NCBI GenBank assembly: GCA_963777155.1
Contig: CAVZPM010000001.1
Coordinates: 160,001 to 224,000 of the forward strand
DNA length: 64,000 nucleotides
DNA from: Candidatus Bathyarchaeota archaeon
Lineage (GTDB): Archaea; Thermoproteota; Bathyarchaeia; Bathyarchaeales; Bathycorpusculaceae
Direction: 5' to 3'
Under the pieces are notes generated by a model. That model was given only the letters and a program-made list of their open reading frames with translations, was not told the DNA's origin and made no database searches. Within the stretch, counting starts at the first letter, position 1, and each line of letters starts with the position of its first letter. The position numbers were made by a program, and so were the translations under genes. Shown in pieces: positions 50,277-61,605 of the stretch.

Positions 50277-51347
50277 TTGGATATCGAAAAGTTCCTTGAA
50301 GAGTCAGCGCCATTAATCGATAAGGCTATCGAAAAATATATCCCGCGAAAGTTTGGCAAGGATGCTGTTCTCTTCAAAGTTACTCCGCCAATTTACAGCT
50401 ACACATTGGAACCCCTGAACAAAGCGATTGCTGACCCCATCTGGGATATGCTTGACCGAGGCGGAAAACGTTGGCGCCCTGCGCTTTTCCTTCTGATTTG
50501 TGAATCTTTGGGTAAAAAAGCAGACTACTGCTTAGACTTCTCAATCATCCCCGAAGTCATCCACAACGGTACATTGGTCATCGACGACATCGAAGATTCC
50601 TCCGAAATGCGACGAGGCAAACCCTGCACATACAAGATTTTCCAAACCGATATCGCTGTTAACGCTGGAAACGCCATGTACTACCTCCCACTCCTCTCAC
50701 TGATGGCACAAAGGACAAAGCTCTCGGCTGAGGCACAGCGGGATGTTTACGAGGTTTACGTTCAGGAAATGATTAACCTGAGCATGGGACAAGCCATGGA
50801 TATCGCGTGGCATAGAGGCATAGCAAACGCTGACGATCTTGGAGAAGACGATTACTTACAGATGTGTGCCTACAAAACAGGCACCTTAGCCCGCATGGCA
50901 GCAAAAATGGCGGCGGTAATAGCAGAAGCAGACCCCAAACTCGTCGAAAAACTTGGGAGATTTGCCGAAAGCATCGGTGTGGCCTTCCAGATGCAGGACG
51001 ACATCTTAGATTTGACTGGACAAGAGTTCGCCAAAAAGAAAGGCGGCGTCGGACAAGACATCACAGAGGGCAAGCGGTCCTTAATGGTTATTTTCACGCT
51101 CAAGAAAGCCAATAGCAAAGACAAAAAACGGCTAATCCAAATCCTAAACATGCATACCTCTGACCAAGCTCTCCGAGACGAAGCCATCGCACTAATGCAG
51201 AAGTATGGCGCCATGGAACATGTCAAGCAAACCGCTGAACGGATGGTTATGACGAGTTGGAATGAAGCAGAAAAACTGTTGCCCACGCCACAAGCTAAGG
51301 AAAAATTAAAAGCGTTCGCTGAATTCTTGATACAACGAAGCAAGTAA
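50277..51347 (+). CDS. idsA: Polyprenyl diphosphate synthase (GGPP synthase-like)
   Basis: 'GGKRWRP', FARM 'DDIED..RRG', SARM 'QDDILD', 'DITEGK'. Confidence 0.9.
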   Translation: MDIEKFLEESAPLIDKAIEKYIPRKFGKDAVLFKVTPPIYSYTLEPLNKAIADPIWDMLDRGGKRWRPALFLLICESLGKKADYCLDFSIIPEVIHNGTLVIDDIEDSSEMRRGKPCTYKIFQTDIAVNAGNAMYYLPLLSLMAQRTKLSAEAQRDVYEVYVQEMINLSMGQAMDIAWHRGIANADDLGEDDYLQMCAYKTGTLARMAAKMAAVIAEADPKLVEKLGRFAESIGVAFQMQDDILDLTGQEFAKKKGGVGQDITEGKRSLMVIFTLKKANSKDKKRLIQILNMHTSDQALRDEAIALMQKYGAMEHVKQTAERMVMTSWNEAEKLLPTPQAKEKLKAFAEFLIQRSK

Positions 51348-51363
51348 AGCGAGTGTACTGGAT

Positions 51364-53117
51364 TTGGCATTAGAAAACGATTTTGAACTACGTGAGTTTA
51401 TTCGAAAGACCGCCCTGCTGAACGCGGTTGGGCATGATGGAAAAGCTCAGGCAGGCGCCATGGTTGGCAAGATTCTTGGCGAGAAAGCTGAACTCCGTAG
51501 CCGCGTCAAAGAGCTCTCAGGTGTCATTAATGCAGTTGTCAATGAAGTTAACAGTTTACCGTTGGCCGAGCAGAAAGCGATTGTGGAGAAAAATTGGCCT
51601 GAAACCCAAAAGAAAGAAAAAGCCGAAGAAAAACATCTACCGCCCCTACCCAACGCGGAAAAATACAAACAGATAGTTACACGGTTTTCACCAAACCCTG
51701 ACTGCGTTTTACATTTGGGATCTGCAAGAGCCATACTTTTGAGCCATGAGTACGCTCGTATATACAACGGCAAATTCATCCTACGCTTCGAAGACACAGA
51801 CCCAAAAATCAAAAAACCATCCCTCAAATTCTACGACAGCATCCGCCAAGACTTGAAGTGGCTTGGCTGCAAAGTCGACGAAGAATACATCCAAAGCGAC
51901 CGTCTCCCCATCTACTACCAGTACACTGAGAAGCTGGTCGGCGACGGCAACGCATATGTCTGCGAATGTGTCCCTGAAGAGTTCCGCAAGACAACCCTAG
52001 CCAAACAGGCTTGTCCCTGCCGAAACCTGCCTGCCGTCCGAGCAGCTGGAGCGTTGGCATCGCATGCTAAACGGCGGCTACCAGGAAGGACAGGCAGTGG
52101 TCCGCGTGAAGACTGACCTTGAATCATCCAAACCCGGCAATCCGTGACTGGCCAGCTCTGCGCATTATCGATACCAAAAAGTATCCGCATCCACGGGTGG
52201 GCAGCAAATACATCGTTTGGCCTCTATACAACCTTGCGGCGGGCTTAGACGACCACCTCATGGGCATGACTCACATAATCCGAGGCAAAGAACACTACAC
52301 TAACATGGTCCGCCAAAAATACATGTACCAGTATCTGGGCTGGGATTACCCGGAAGCCATTCACTATGGCAGACTAAAAATCACAGGAGCTGCCTTGAGC
52401 AAATCAAAAATCGTCGCTGGTATAAAAGAAGGCGATTATGCTGACTTTGATGACCCACGTCTGGGCACGTTCCAGGCACTTAGAAAACGCGGCATTACAC
52501 CTGAAGCCATCAAAAAAATGATAGTTGATGTCGGCATAAAACCAAACGATGTAACGCTCAGCTGGGAAAACCTCTACTCTTACAACCGCAAAATCCTTGA
52601 CGCCACAAGCAACCGTTACTTCTTTGTTGCGCAGCCAACAGAACTCAAAGTCACTGGGGTCCCAAAAGCTTTCCAGGTTAAGCTTCCCCTGCATTCTGAG
52701 CACCCAGAGCGTGGCTTTAGAGAGTACTCTCTTGTTCCCGATGGTGACGAGAAATCGGTGAGTTTATGGATTTCGCAGAAAGACGCTCAAACCATGGAGC
52801 ATGAGCAGGCAATCAGGCTTATGGAACTCTTTAACATAAAAATCCAAAAGAAAACCGACAACTGCGTAACCGCTGTCTACACAAGTGAATCCTATGAAGA
52901 CGTACGAAAAATCAAGGTCCAACTGATTCAGTGGATACCCAAAGGCGCCGAATATCCAACTCAAGTTATCAATCAGGACGCATCAGTCACCGAAGGATTT
53001 GCTGAATCTGACTGCAAAAAGTTAAAGCCAGACGCCATCATACAGTTTGAACGATTCGGATTCGTCCATGTAACCGAAGTTGGAGAAAAACTAGTAGTTT
53101 ACTTCTCCCAAAAATAG
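51364..53117 (+). CDS. gltX: Glutamate--tRNA ligase; two +1 insertions (near 52038 and 52118)
   Basis: 'RFSPNPD..LHLG', 'RFEDTDP', bridging frame EQLERWHRMLNGGYQEGQAVVRVKTD, 'LSKS', 'QFERFGF'. Confidence 0.95.
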
Positions 53118-53126
53118 GTGAAAGAT

Positions 53127-53441
53127 ATGCGTAAACTCGATAAAGCAATAATCTGGCCAGTCTACTTCGACATAAACAAGTCACGTGAAGAAGGGCGCCG
53201 TATTTCGAAAAATCAAGCAGTGGTATCTCCAAAAATCTTGGAACTAAAAGAAGCAGCAGACAAACTGGGTTTACAAAACCAGATGAATGTCGACGCCCAT
53301 TTTCCGAAAACACCTTGGGTGAAGTCGGGGATGTTGCTTGTAGAGAAGAAGGAAGCTAAAGAAGCAATAATCAAAAAGTTGGCAAAACAACTATTGAAGA
53401 TTAAGAGCCAGCAACAGCCAGCTAACATCAAGAAACATTAA
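53127..53441 (+). CDS. srp19: Signal recognition particle protein Srp19
   Basis: 'IIWPVYFD..KSREEGRRI', 'FPKTPW..SG'. Confidence 0.93.
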   Translation: MRKLDKAIIWPVYFDINKSREEGRRISKNQAVVSPKILELKEAADKLGLQNQMNVDAHFPKTPWVKSGMLLVEKKEAKEAIIKKLAKQLLKIKSQQQPANIKKH

Positions 53442-53454
53442 AGGGAAAAATTTT

Positions 53455-53847
53455 TTAGGCTTTTTCTTTGGTTATAAGGACTGCGTTGATTACGCCGTCG
53501 CTGCCGGGTCTGCTAGTAACTTTCGCTAAGCCCAATGCGGTTTCGATTTCTGCACCTTTTGTTATAACACCCCGTCGATTGTAGTCGACGTTCGCTGCGT
53601 TCTTGACAACTCGGGTGATCTCGCTTTTCTCGGTTTTGCCGCTTTTTGGGTCAGTGACAGAAGCGAATTTGTCGGTTAAGGCTTTGATTTTACCGTTTCC
53701 GCCCATGCCTCTTGTGGTCTTGCGTTTTGGCTCACCCAAAACTGTTTCTGCTGGGAACCCGCCTGCTTCATACTTTTTCTTGCTGCGGTAAGCTCTTTTT
53801 TTGCCGCCTGTAAGTTTTCTTTTGCGTAAACTGCTATGAGTAGACAT
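53455..53847 (-). CDS. rps8e: 30S ribosomal protein S8e
   Basis: 'KRKLTGG', 'RGVITKGA', 'VTSRPGSDGVINAV'. Confidence 0.96.
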   Translation of the reverse strand: MSTHSSLRKRKLTGGKKRAYRSKKKYEAGGFPAETVLGEPKRKTTRGMGGNGKIKALTDKFASVTDPKSGKTEKSEITRVVKNAANVDYNRRGVITKGAEIETALGLAKVTSRPGSDGVINAVLITKEKA

Positions 53848-54015
53848 ATTCTACCTATCCTTAAATGCGTAGCAACTAAAACCGATGTTTTCAATATAAA
53901 TCTATCCGTTTAAGGATGCTTATTCTGTGTCTCTGTAGCCTTTTGTTTAGTAGTTTTGGAAGAAAACCTCCCAGAATGACCAACGACTTGTCGTAGTCAT
54001 GACAGAAGATGCAAC

Positions 54016-54678
54016 CTACCCTTGCTTAGCCGTATTATTTTGGTTTTCTTGCTCTTGTTCTTTTTGTCTTTCTGCCGCATCCTCTTTGATGGCTTCGCCG
54101 AAGATCTTCTTGAGGTCTTTCTTTAAAACTATGGTATCTGTCGTCAAACCAAAATAGTCCGCAAAGTAATCCGTTGTTTTCAGCGCCAAAGATCGCCCGG
54201 CACGTTCCGACAAAATCAACCCCATATCCTTAAGCAGTTTGACGTGTCCGTAGGCGTGTTGTCCGCGGACTTCGATGACTCTTTTCTGAGAAATGGGTTG
54301 GCGGTAAGCTATGTAGGAGAGCGTTTTTAGTGGACCCGAAGAAAGGAGTGGGCGGTTGACTAGTTTCTTGATAAGGGGCGTAAACTCTGCTTTCACTTGC
54401 AGAACATAACGTTCATCTTTTAACGCCAAAATTTCCAGAGCTTTGCTACGCGTCTTGAATTCTTCAATGAGCGCATCTAAATATATTTGAGTCCTTTTCT
54501 TGGATCGGCTCCCAACCACTTGGCATAGTTCGTTTAGGTCAAGGGGGCGACCAGCCACGTAGAGCGCAGCTTCTAACAATGCTAAATGATGTGCTTTTCG
54601 CTCATTTTCATGTGCTGCCTCAACCTCAGGATTCGAAGTTGGGCTCGGTTCAACTACTGGCTTTTTCGGGTTTTCCAA
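54016..54678 (-). CDS. scpB: SMC-Scp complex subunit ScpB
   Basis: 'LEAALYVAGRPL', 'TLSYIAYRQP', 'TTDYFADYFGL'. Confidence 0.93.
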   Translation of the reverse strand: MENPKKPVVEPSPTSNPEVEAAHENERKAHHLALLEAALYVAGRPLDLNELCQVVGSRSKKRTQIYLDALIEEFKTRSKALEILALKDERYVLQVKAEFTPLIKKLVNRPLLSSGPLKTLSYIAYRQPISQKRVIEVRGQHAYGHVKLLKDMGLILSERAGRSLALKTTDYFADYFGLTTDTIVLKKDLKKIFGEAIKEDAAERQKEQEQENQNNTAKQG

Positions 54679-55372
54679 CGTTTAGTTTCCCCACAGCTAT
54701 GTAGAGTTCCTCTGTTTCCTCATTTTGCCACAGGCTAACTAGGCCATCCTGCGCAAGGAACAAGAGATAGATAAACATTCTGAGCGCTTCGATGCGGGTT
54801 GCGCCCTTAGAGAGGGTTGTGAAGTCGATGATTCCTTGACCGCTTGTCTTCTCGACGAGCAACGCATATAACTTATCAACTTGGAACTCGAGTTCAGCAA
54901 TGAATTTGTCAAATTTCGGAAGCAAATCCGTTACTGCCGGCAAGACAGGGTGCTGCTCAATCACGTGGTTTAGCGCAAGCAGTTTTTCGCCTTTTAGAAC
55001 ATCGTCTAAGACTTCAAGAAGGTGATGAATGGTCGTAGATGTCAACTCGTGGCGCAGAGGTAGGAATAGGGGTGGTGGAACAAAGTCTGTCGGCACCTTC
55101 GGTAGCACTGGTGGCGGCTCCTGCAACGTGAGTAGAAGCTTTGACTTCATAAGGTAGATTAATGCGGAAGAATCCAAGGCAACGCCGGAAGCCCGGAAAT
55201 CGACCTTGTCGGGTGCAGACTTCTCCATCTCCAATAGAAAGGATCTAAGCAGGTAGGCTATGTTAACGTTCCACGGGGTGAGTTTTTCTAGTTTGCTGAG
55301 TTCAAACAGGATGTTCCAGGGCGGACGCAGATAGAATGGTCGTCTCATCGGAGCCGTGGAGGTGGTCGCCAT
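54650..55372 (-). CDS. scpA: Kleisin ScpA
   Basis: 'PWNVNI', 'MKSKLLL', 'FIYLLFLAQDGLVSLWQ'; between smc and scpB. Confidence 0.88.
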   Translation of the reverse strand: MATTSTAPMRRPFYLRPPWNILFELSKLEKLTPWNVNIAYLLRSFLLEMEKSAPDKVDFRASGVALDSSALIYLMKSKLLLTLQEPPPVLPKVPTDFVPPPLFLPLRHELTSTTIHHLLEVLDDVLKGEKLLALNHVIEQHPVLPAVTDLLPKFDKFIAELEFQVDKLYALLVEKTSGQGIIDFTTLSKGATRIEALRMFIYLLFLAQDGLVSLWQNEETEELYIAVGKLNVGKPEKASS

Positions 55373-58300
55373 CTAGTTTGGTGCCTCCTGCGGAAACTTT
55401 GCCGTCACCACGTTTGAGATTCCATTGCGTTCGTAAACGCCATAGACTTTCTGAGCTTTGTTAACCATTTCTGGTCGTAGGCTGATTACTATGAATTGGA
55501 TCTTTCCTGCTTCTTCCAGAAGTACTTCTGCTAGTTTTGCAGTGTGGTAAGCGTCTAAGTGAGCATCGACTTCGTCAAGGATGTAGAAGGATGCAGGCGA
55601 GAACTCTTTAAGGGAGAATATGAATGCGACTGCTGAGACGGATCGTTCGCCGCCGCTTGCTCCACTGACAACGATCGATGGTTTGTTCGGGAACTGAACT
55701 ACCATGTCTATGCCGCCGGAGAATGGTTCCTCAGGGTTTTCAAGCTTTAATGTTGCTTCTCCGCCTCCTGTGAGCTTAGCAAAGTAAACGTTGAGGCTTA
55801 TGTTGATTTTATCAAACGCATTCATGAAAACCTTGACGTTTCTTGGCTTCTATTTCATCCATGAACGCTACAATGGCTTGTTTTTCCCGCTCCAGCTCGT
55901 TTAGGCGCACAGACAGTTCTCGGTAACGTGAAATCTGGTCAGAATAATGCTGGGCAGCCAGTTGGTTAATGGCGCCGATACGTTCCATTTCAAACTGCAT
56001 CATACGGATGGTGGTTTCTGCTTCCTGAACCTGCCTTGGGTTTGTTTCCAGGGCCTGTTCGTAGCCGAACTGTTTAAGTTGCCCTTGAAGGTTCTGCAGC
56101 CTCATCTGGGTAGTTTCTATGCCCAGATTAAGTTGGTTTAGAAGTCGATCTGCTTGCTCGTATTCTGTATCTAGAAGTCGCAGTTCCCCATCGATTGAAT
56201 CGATTTGGGAGGTAAATTTTTTGGATTCCTCTCGCGCGGATAACACAGCTTTGGAGAGTTCCACTCGACTCTTCTCCAGTTCGTCTGTTTCTTTCTTGAT
56301 TGTATCGCGTTCAATTAGTGCGTCGGCAACTTCTTTCTCAAGCTTGCCCTTTTGTTGATCCATCCTTGAAAGCTGAATTTTTGTGTTCTTGTAGCTTATT
56401 CGCAGAACCCTGTCGAACTGTGATTGGTGAGTAGAAATTTCTGTTTGTATGGAACCGATTCGTTGTCTTAGAGTGTTGGCTTCTTCGCCTATTTTTTCTC
56501 TTTGAACTTCAAGCTCCTGAATGTGTGCTACGTCGGTTTTTAGTCTGAGGTTTGCGATGTCGGTATGGATTTTTTTGAGGTTGCCCTGGATGCAGTTGCG
56601 TTCGTTTCGGAACATGGCCATGCGGCCTTTGTAGGCGGCTGCTTCACGTTCAAGTTTGCCGCCGTACTTGTCGATGTGACGAATGTTGAATTGGGTTCTC
56701 TTAACTCCTCGTCTTACTCTGATTATTTCCCTGTCTAGGGTGGCGATGGAGTCGGAGAGTCGCGTAATTTCAATTTTGGCGTGTTCGAGTTCCTCTTCGA
56801 TGTCCACGATGTCGGTGCCGCGTTGCGTAAGGTGGGTCTGGAGTGCTTTGACTGCTTCGTCGAGGCTTTTTAATGCTCCCTCGCTTGGGATTATCGTTGA
56901 GAAGTCGATTGGTGCACGGTAGTAGCCGCTTTCAAATGCGCCTGGCTCGTAAAGGTCGCCGTTGACTGTGACTGCGCGGTAGCCTTCGTTTGATAGGGCA
57001 AAAGCAGTTTTGTCGTTTGAGGCAACGATGGTATCTCCGAAAACATAGTTAACTGCCAATTCAAAGTTGCCATCATACTTCATGAAGCTGGAGAGGGATC
57101 CCATAATGCCTTCCCGTTTTGGCGGCACCTTCTTTTTTACAGTGATGGCGCCTTGGAGAGGAATAATCTTGATTCTTCCAAGCTTCATGCGTCTTAGAGT
57201 CTCAAAACAGGTAAAAGCAATATCTATGTCTTTTACGACCAATGCATCCAGCCATCCTGTTGCTGCTGCTTCGATGGCTTTCTTGAAGCTCTTGTCAATC
57301 TTTATCAGGTTACGGAGTCTGCCATGAATACCAGAGATTGCTCCTACCTCGCTCATTTCCTCGATACCTCGCAGGGCTTTCTCCTCGGCGGCGATTGTTG
57401 CTGCAAGGTCTCTTTGAGTGGCAAACTCTATAACGGCGTCTTTTGCGGAGCTAGCGATTTTTTCAGCTTCAGCGATTTCTCTTTGAACGGTTTCTTTTTG
57501 GAGTTTCTTGCGTTCGATGGTGTTTTCAAGGTTTTTAAGTTGGGTTTTTTGGTCACGTTGCACTTGTTCAAGTTCGGATAGTGATTTTTCTATTTCAACT
57601 TGGCTTGTTTGGAACTTCTCTTTCCGCACATTTAGGTTTTTTAACCTTCCAGTGCAGAGGCGCAATGCTGCTTTGTCCTGTTTGTATTCAGAACGCAGAT
57701 ACGCTAGTCGTTTGAGGTGTTCTTGAGTCTGGTTGTCTAAGGCGCGGATTTGCTGGTTGTTGCCATCTAGTCCTTCCCAAAGCTGAGCGGTTTCCTTTGC
57801 CAACGTTTCATGCGCGGCTTGTTTTTCTGCAAGCAAAACTCTAAGTTTTTCGTGTTCACTGCGGAATGAGCGGATTCTAAGGCGGTTTTCCCTAATTTCC
57901 TTCTGCAATGTGTCATGTTGGGTTAGGTTATTTTCTCTTACCCGTTTGAAGCTTTCAAGGCTAGCTTGTCCCGAACTGATCTTTGTTGCCAGCTCAGTCA
58001 GCTTGGATTTTAACTCGCCAACTTTTATCTGGACTTTGAGAACCTCGGAGCCGCCTTGTTCTAAGCCTTCTCCGCTGAGTTTTCTCCATTCACCCTCGAT
58101 TTCGTGGCGTTTGCCTCTGCGTAGATCCCTTTGCTCTTTTAGTTTGTCAACTCTTTCTTTGACTTTTAGAGTTTGAGACTTATTCTCGGCTATTCTTATG
58201 TTCAATTGGGAGATGTCGTTTGAGACTTTGACTGCTTGAAACTTTTTGGTTTCAGTTTGGATAAAGTTGTAGCGTAAAAGCTGATTGCGTTCCCGTTCAA

Positions 58301-58925
58301 GGTCGTCGAGACGTTTTTGCACCTCATCGATTCTGCCCATGGCAGTGCGAATAGATATGTCGGCGGCTCGCAGTTTCTCTTCCGCCTCAGTCTTTTCAGA
58401 ATCGTATTGGGCTATACCGATAAGATCCTCAATGATTCTTCTTCTTTCAACTGAGGTTAAGTCCGTTAGCCTCGTGATTGTGCCTTGCGGGATGATGTTT
58501 TGGCTCATGCTACTGATTGCAGCCATAGAGAGAGTTTCCGTTATGTGGGTACGGGACATTCTGCGTCCGTTTAACCGGTAAACGCTTTGTCCGTTGCGGT
58601 ATACTTCTCTTGAGATTGTTACCGTTGTGGTGTCTACGGGCATTGTGCCATCAGTGTTGTCAAATTGGACAACTACTTTTGCCATTTTGGCTTTTTCTTG
58701 CCCTGCCTTCTCGGAACCGTGAAAAATTAGTTTAGCAGAGTTTTCTGCACGGAGCCTTTTTGTGCTGAGTTCACCAAGGGCGAAAAGTAGGGCGTCCATG
58801 ATGTTGGTTTTGCCGCTTCCGTTGGGGCCTGTTATGGCTGTGAATCCCTTGTCTAAGTTAACCTTGACTGTTTGTGGTCCAAAAGACTTAAAGCCTTTTA
58901 ACTCGATTTTTTTTATGTAGGGCAT
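55373..58925 (-). CDS. smc: Chromosome segregation protein SMC; +1 insertion near 55835
   Basis: 'GFKSF', GPNGSGKTN, hinge domain, long coiled coils; C-terminal head (SGGERS, ILDEVDAHLD, QFIVISLR) in the next frame. Confidence 0.95.
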
Positions 58926-59142
58926 TTAGTCTTTATCCTCTCGGAAGCACGCGTTTTCTTTTTAACATCTCTCATCAACATATCTATAAAAGCTTATACC
59001 ATCGCTACACGTTTACACGGCTATTTTTTGACGATTTGGTAACCTTAACTTCAGTCTATTTTTTCTAAATATTTTTTATTTGTAGTCAATCGACTTTGAA
59101 TTGAGTTTTTTATGCAGAAAATTAATATGGCACGCTTAGTCC

Positions 59143-59382
59143 ATGAGCATGGAAAGTGGTGAGGTAAAATTGAGTTTAGGAAACCTGAAGGTTTTTAGCG
59201 GGATTCAAGAAGCTCTTATTTTGGCGCTGATGCTGGTTTCGATGTTCGTTCTATTCTACGTTGATATCGACTGGATATTTAAGATAGGTATTGCAGTGAT
59301 AGTTTTCGCAATAATTTTCTTGGCTACTTTGGCCGCTGCGCTTCTGCGGCAGCAAAGAGAACTCAAACAAGCCCAAGCTTAA
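59143..59382 (+). CDS. Small two-TM membrane protein
   Basis: Two hydrophobic helices and a polar tail. Confidence 0.65.
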   Translation: MSMESGEVKLSLGNLKVFSGIQEALILALMLVSMFVLFYVDIDWIFKIGIAVIVFAIIFLATLAAALLRQQRELKQAQA

Positions 59383-59596
59383 CCAAGTAGTGTGTCATTT
59401 TCACTTTACTCTCCTCTGCTCCGCCAAGTTGTTTTGTTGATAATTTAAAATGGGTTTAGACACGTAATTGGCTTCATGCAAGGAAGATAAAAGCATGGTG
59501 CTTCAGAACTTAATAACTAAATCTGCAATAGCTCGTTATGTTTCAGTAAGCAAAAACACAAATAACCTCTAGACATTCCTTTCTTGAGATACTTCC

Positions 59597-60124
59597 ATGA
59601 TTGAAGGCTTCAACCTGATAGCTACAACTTCTCGGGGAAACGAACGCCCCATGATTAACGAAATCCTATTCCTACTCAAAGACGAGTTAGGCGACATAGG
59701 GGCGCAAGCTGTCAAAACCAAAATCCGAGGCTTAATCGTCGCCAAAACAACATTTGACCCCTGTTTTGCAGTTGAAAAATTCCGCAAAATCCTCACTGAA
59801 CGCCCCTATGAGTTCCGATATGCACTAAGAATATTACCTATCCAAAAGGTTGTGCCGACGGAATTGGCGGAAATAAAGAAAGCTGCCGCAGAACTAGCCG
59901 CAAAAATTGGTGAAACCGAAACCTTTAGGGTTACAGTTGAAAAACGTTTCACCTCCCTACATACAAAAGACCTTATTGAGGCGGCAGTGGGAGACATCAA
60001 ACAGAAAGCAGACCTTGAAAACCCAAATAAAATCTTGCTCATCGAGGTTTTAGGCGCATTGACGGGTTTGTCTTTGTTGGAACCCATCGATGTTTTGGCG
60101 GTAATTAAAGAAAAAATGCTTTAA
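59597..60124 (+). CDS. Stand-alone THUMP-domain protein
   Basis: 'FRVTVEKR', 'ADLENPNKILLIEVLG'. Confidence 0.9.
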   Translation: MIEGFNLIATTSRGNERPMINEILFLLKDELGDIGAQAVKTKIRGLIVAKTTFDPCFAVEKFRKILTERPYEFRYALRILPIQKVVPTELAEIKKAAAELAAKIGETETFRVTVEKRFTSLHTKDLIEAAVGDIKQKADLENPNKILLIEVLGALTGLSLLEPIDVLAVIKEKML

Positions 60125-60688
60125 CTAAAACTGGGTAGACAGCAGAGAAACACGCTCAATTACCAAGTTTGCAATTGCCTTTTCTTTAGGCTCTTTTTTC
60201 TGGGTTTTGAGCTCTTCCTTGGTTATCTCGAAGGCTTTTATGATTCTTATCATCTTGCTTTTTGTCAAGTCAAGAACAGTCTCGTCGGGATCGCTGCCAA
60301 TGCATTCTGACATAGCTTCAAGGGTTTTTCTTATTTGTCCTGGGTCGTCACCGATGATGGCTACAGCCATGTTTTTGGTTTTAGGTTTTATTCCACAGCA
60401 TTCGATGGCTTTCTGTATTTGACGTTGTGCTGAAGCATAAAGTAGGGTCTCCATAGCTGGGCTTTTTGAGTGGTTGGTTTTGTTCTTGAAGGCTTGCAGG
60501 GCGTTTAGTACGGCAAAGTAGAGGTGTTCTCTTGTGGCGATTAGGTCGGCATCAAAAAACTGGATGTTCACTGTTTGCCCTGTTTGCTTGCGATTAGACT
60601 TAAGGAAGGTTTCTGCCTTATCGAATGCTATCCCCCTATAGCCGGTTATTTCCATGTATTGCCCATATTCTTTTAAGTACTGTAACAT
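60125..60688 (-). CDS. cgi121: KEOPS subunit Cgi121
   Basis: 'QFFDADLIATREHL', 'ETLLYASAQRQIQKAI..GIK', 'IERVSLL'. Confidence 0.9.
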   Translation of the reverse strand: MLQYLKEYGQYMEITGYRGIAFDKAETFLKSNRKQTGQTVNIQFFDADLIATREHLYFAVLNALQAFKNKTNHSKSPAMETLLYASAQRQIQKAIECCGIKPKTKNMAVAIIGDDPGQIRKTLEAMSECIGSDPDETVLDLTKSKMIRIIKAFEITKEELKTQKKEPKEKAIANLVIERVSLLSTQF

Positions 60689-60689
60689 G

Positions 60690-61280
60690 TTAGGCTTCCT
60701 TCTGCATGTCTTTTAGGAGTCTTTCCGCTAAAAGTTTCGGCAAACCTGCTTTTACCAGTTTTGAAACTTCCTGAGTCAACACACGTTTACCCAGTTGGTG
60801 TTGAATTATCTTTCTTAGGGTTTCTTTGGTGTCCCAGGGGAACACAACCCACGCAGAAGTTCGTTTCTCGTAAAAGTCTGGGGTCGTTATTGATTGAGGT
60901 TTTAGGTACAGTGTGGCTGTTTTGGTTTCGAGGGCATCTTGCTGGTGTAGATATGTTTGAGCGAGCTTTAGACTTTCGCCACTGTCGGCTATGTCGTCGA
61001 CCAACAGCACTTTTTTGCCTTCGATGGGTACGGTTAAGGCTTGTTTTAGGATCGGTTCTAGGGCTGGTTGGGCTATGTTTTGGTAGAAGGATATCTGAAT
61101 AGTGACGAGCTCTGGGATTTCCAGTAGGTCAGTTAGGATGCGGGCTGGAACTAGGCCGCCTCTTGCGACGCCTACAACGATGTCGGCTCTGAAGTTTTGA
61201 GCCGAGATTTTCTGGGCTTGGCTAAGAAGCATGTCGTAGATTTGGCTCCATGTTGGAACTTCGTAGTCGATACCTGCCAA
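60690..61280 (-). CDS. Type I phosphoribosyltransferase (purine PRT-like)
   Basis: 'VARGGLVP', 'VLLVDDIADSGESL', 'WVVFPW'. Confidence 0.92.
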   Translation of the reverse strand: MAGIDYEVPTWSQIYDMLLSQAQKISAQNFRADIVVGVARGGLVPARILTDLLEIPELVTIQISFYQNIAQPALEPILKQALTVPIEGKKVLLVDDIADSGESLKLAQTYLHQQDALETKTATLYLKPQSITTPDFYEKRTSAWVVFPWDTKETLRKIIQHQLGKRVLTQEVSKLVKAGLPKLLAERLLKDMQKEA

Positions 61281-61605
61281 CGTCTTTCCTTCTGTTTGAG
61301 AAGTATGCGATTCCTGGTTCTGTTAAGCCTTTCTATGGCGCGAAATTTTTTCATGCAATTTAAATTCAACATATTTTTTTCCATTTAGCTATTTGGTGGT
61401 TTTTTGTGCATCCTATTCTATGTTTACGTGGGGTTTTGTTGTTGCTTGATTTGGTTTTGCTTGCTTGGTTGCATATTTATTAAGGTGGACTTGCAATTTG
61501 ATATTCGGGAGATAGGCGTCTGGAGATATGTGTCGCATTTCGTAATATAGTTTAAATGCTTTGACGTCTTTTCCAATAACTAATAAACGAAAGGAGACTT
61601 GAAAA

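Noticed and set aside
51364-58925. gltX and smc as pseudogenes or programmed frameshifts
   Set aside because: Sequences are otherwise intact, there is no slippery or stimulatory motif, and the same +1 pattern recurs throughout the window, so error is more parsimonious.
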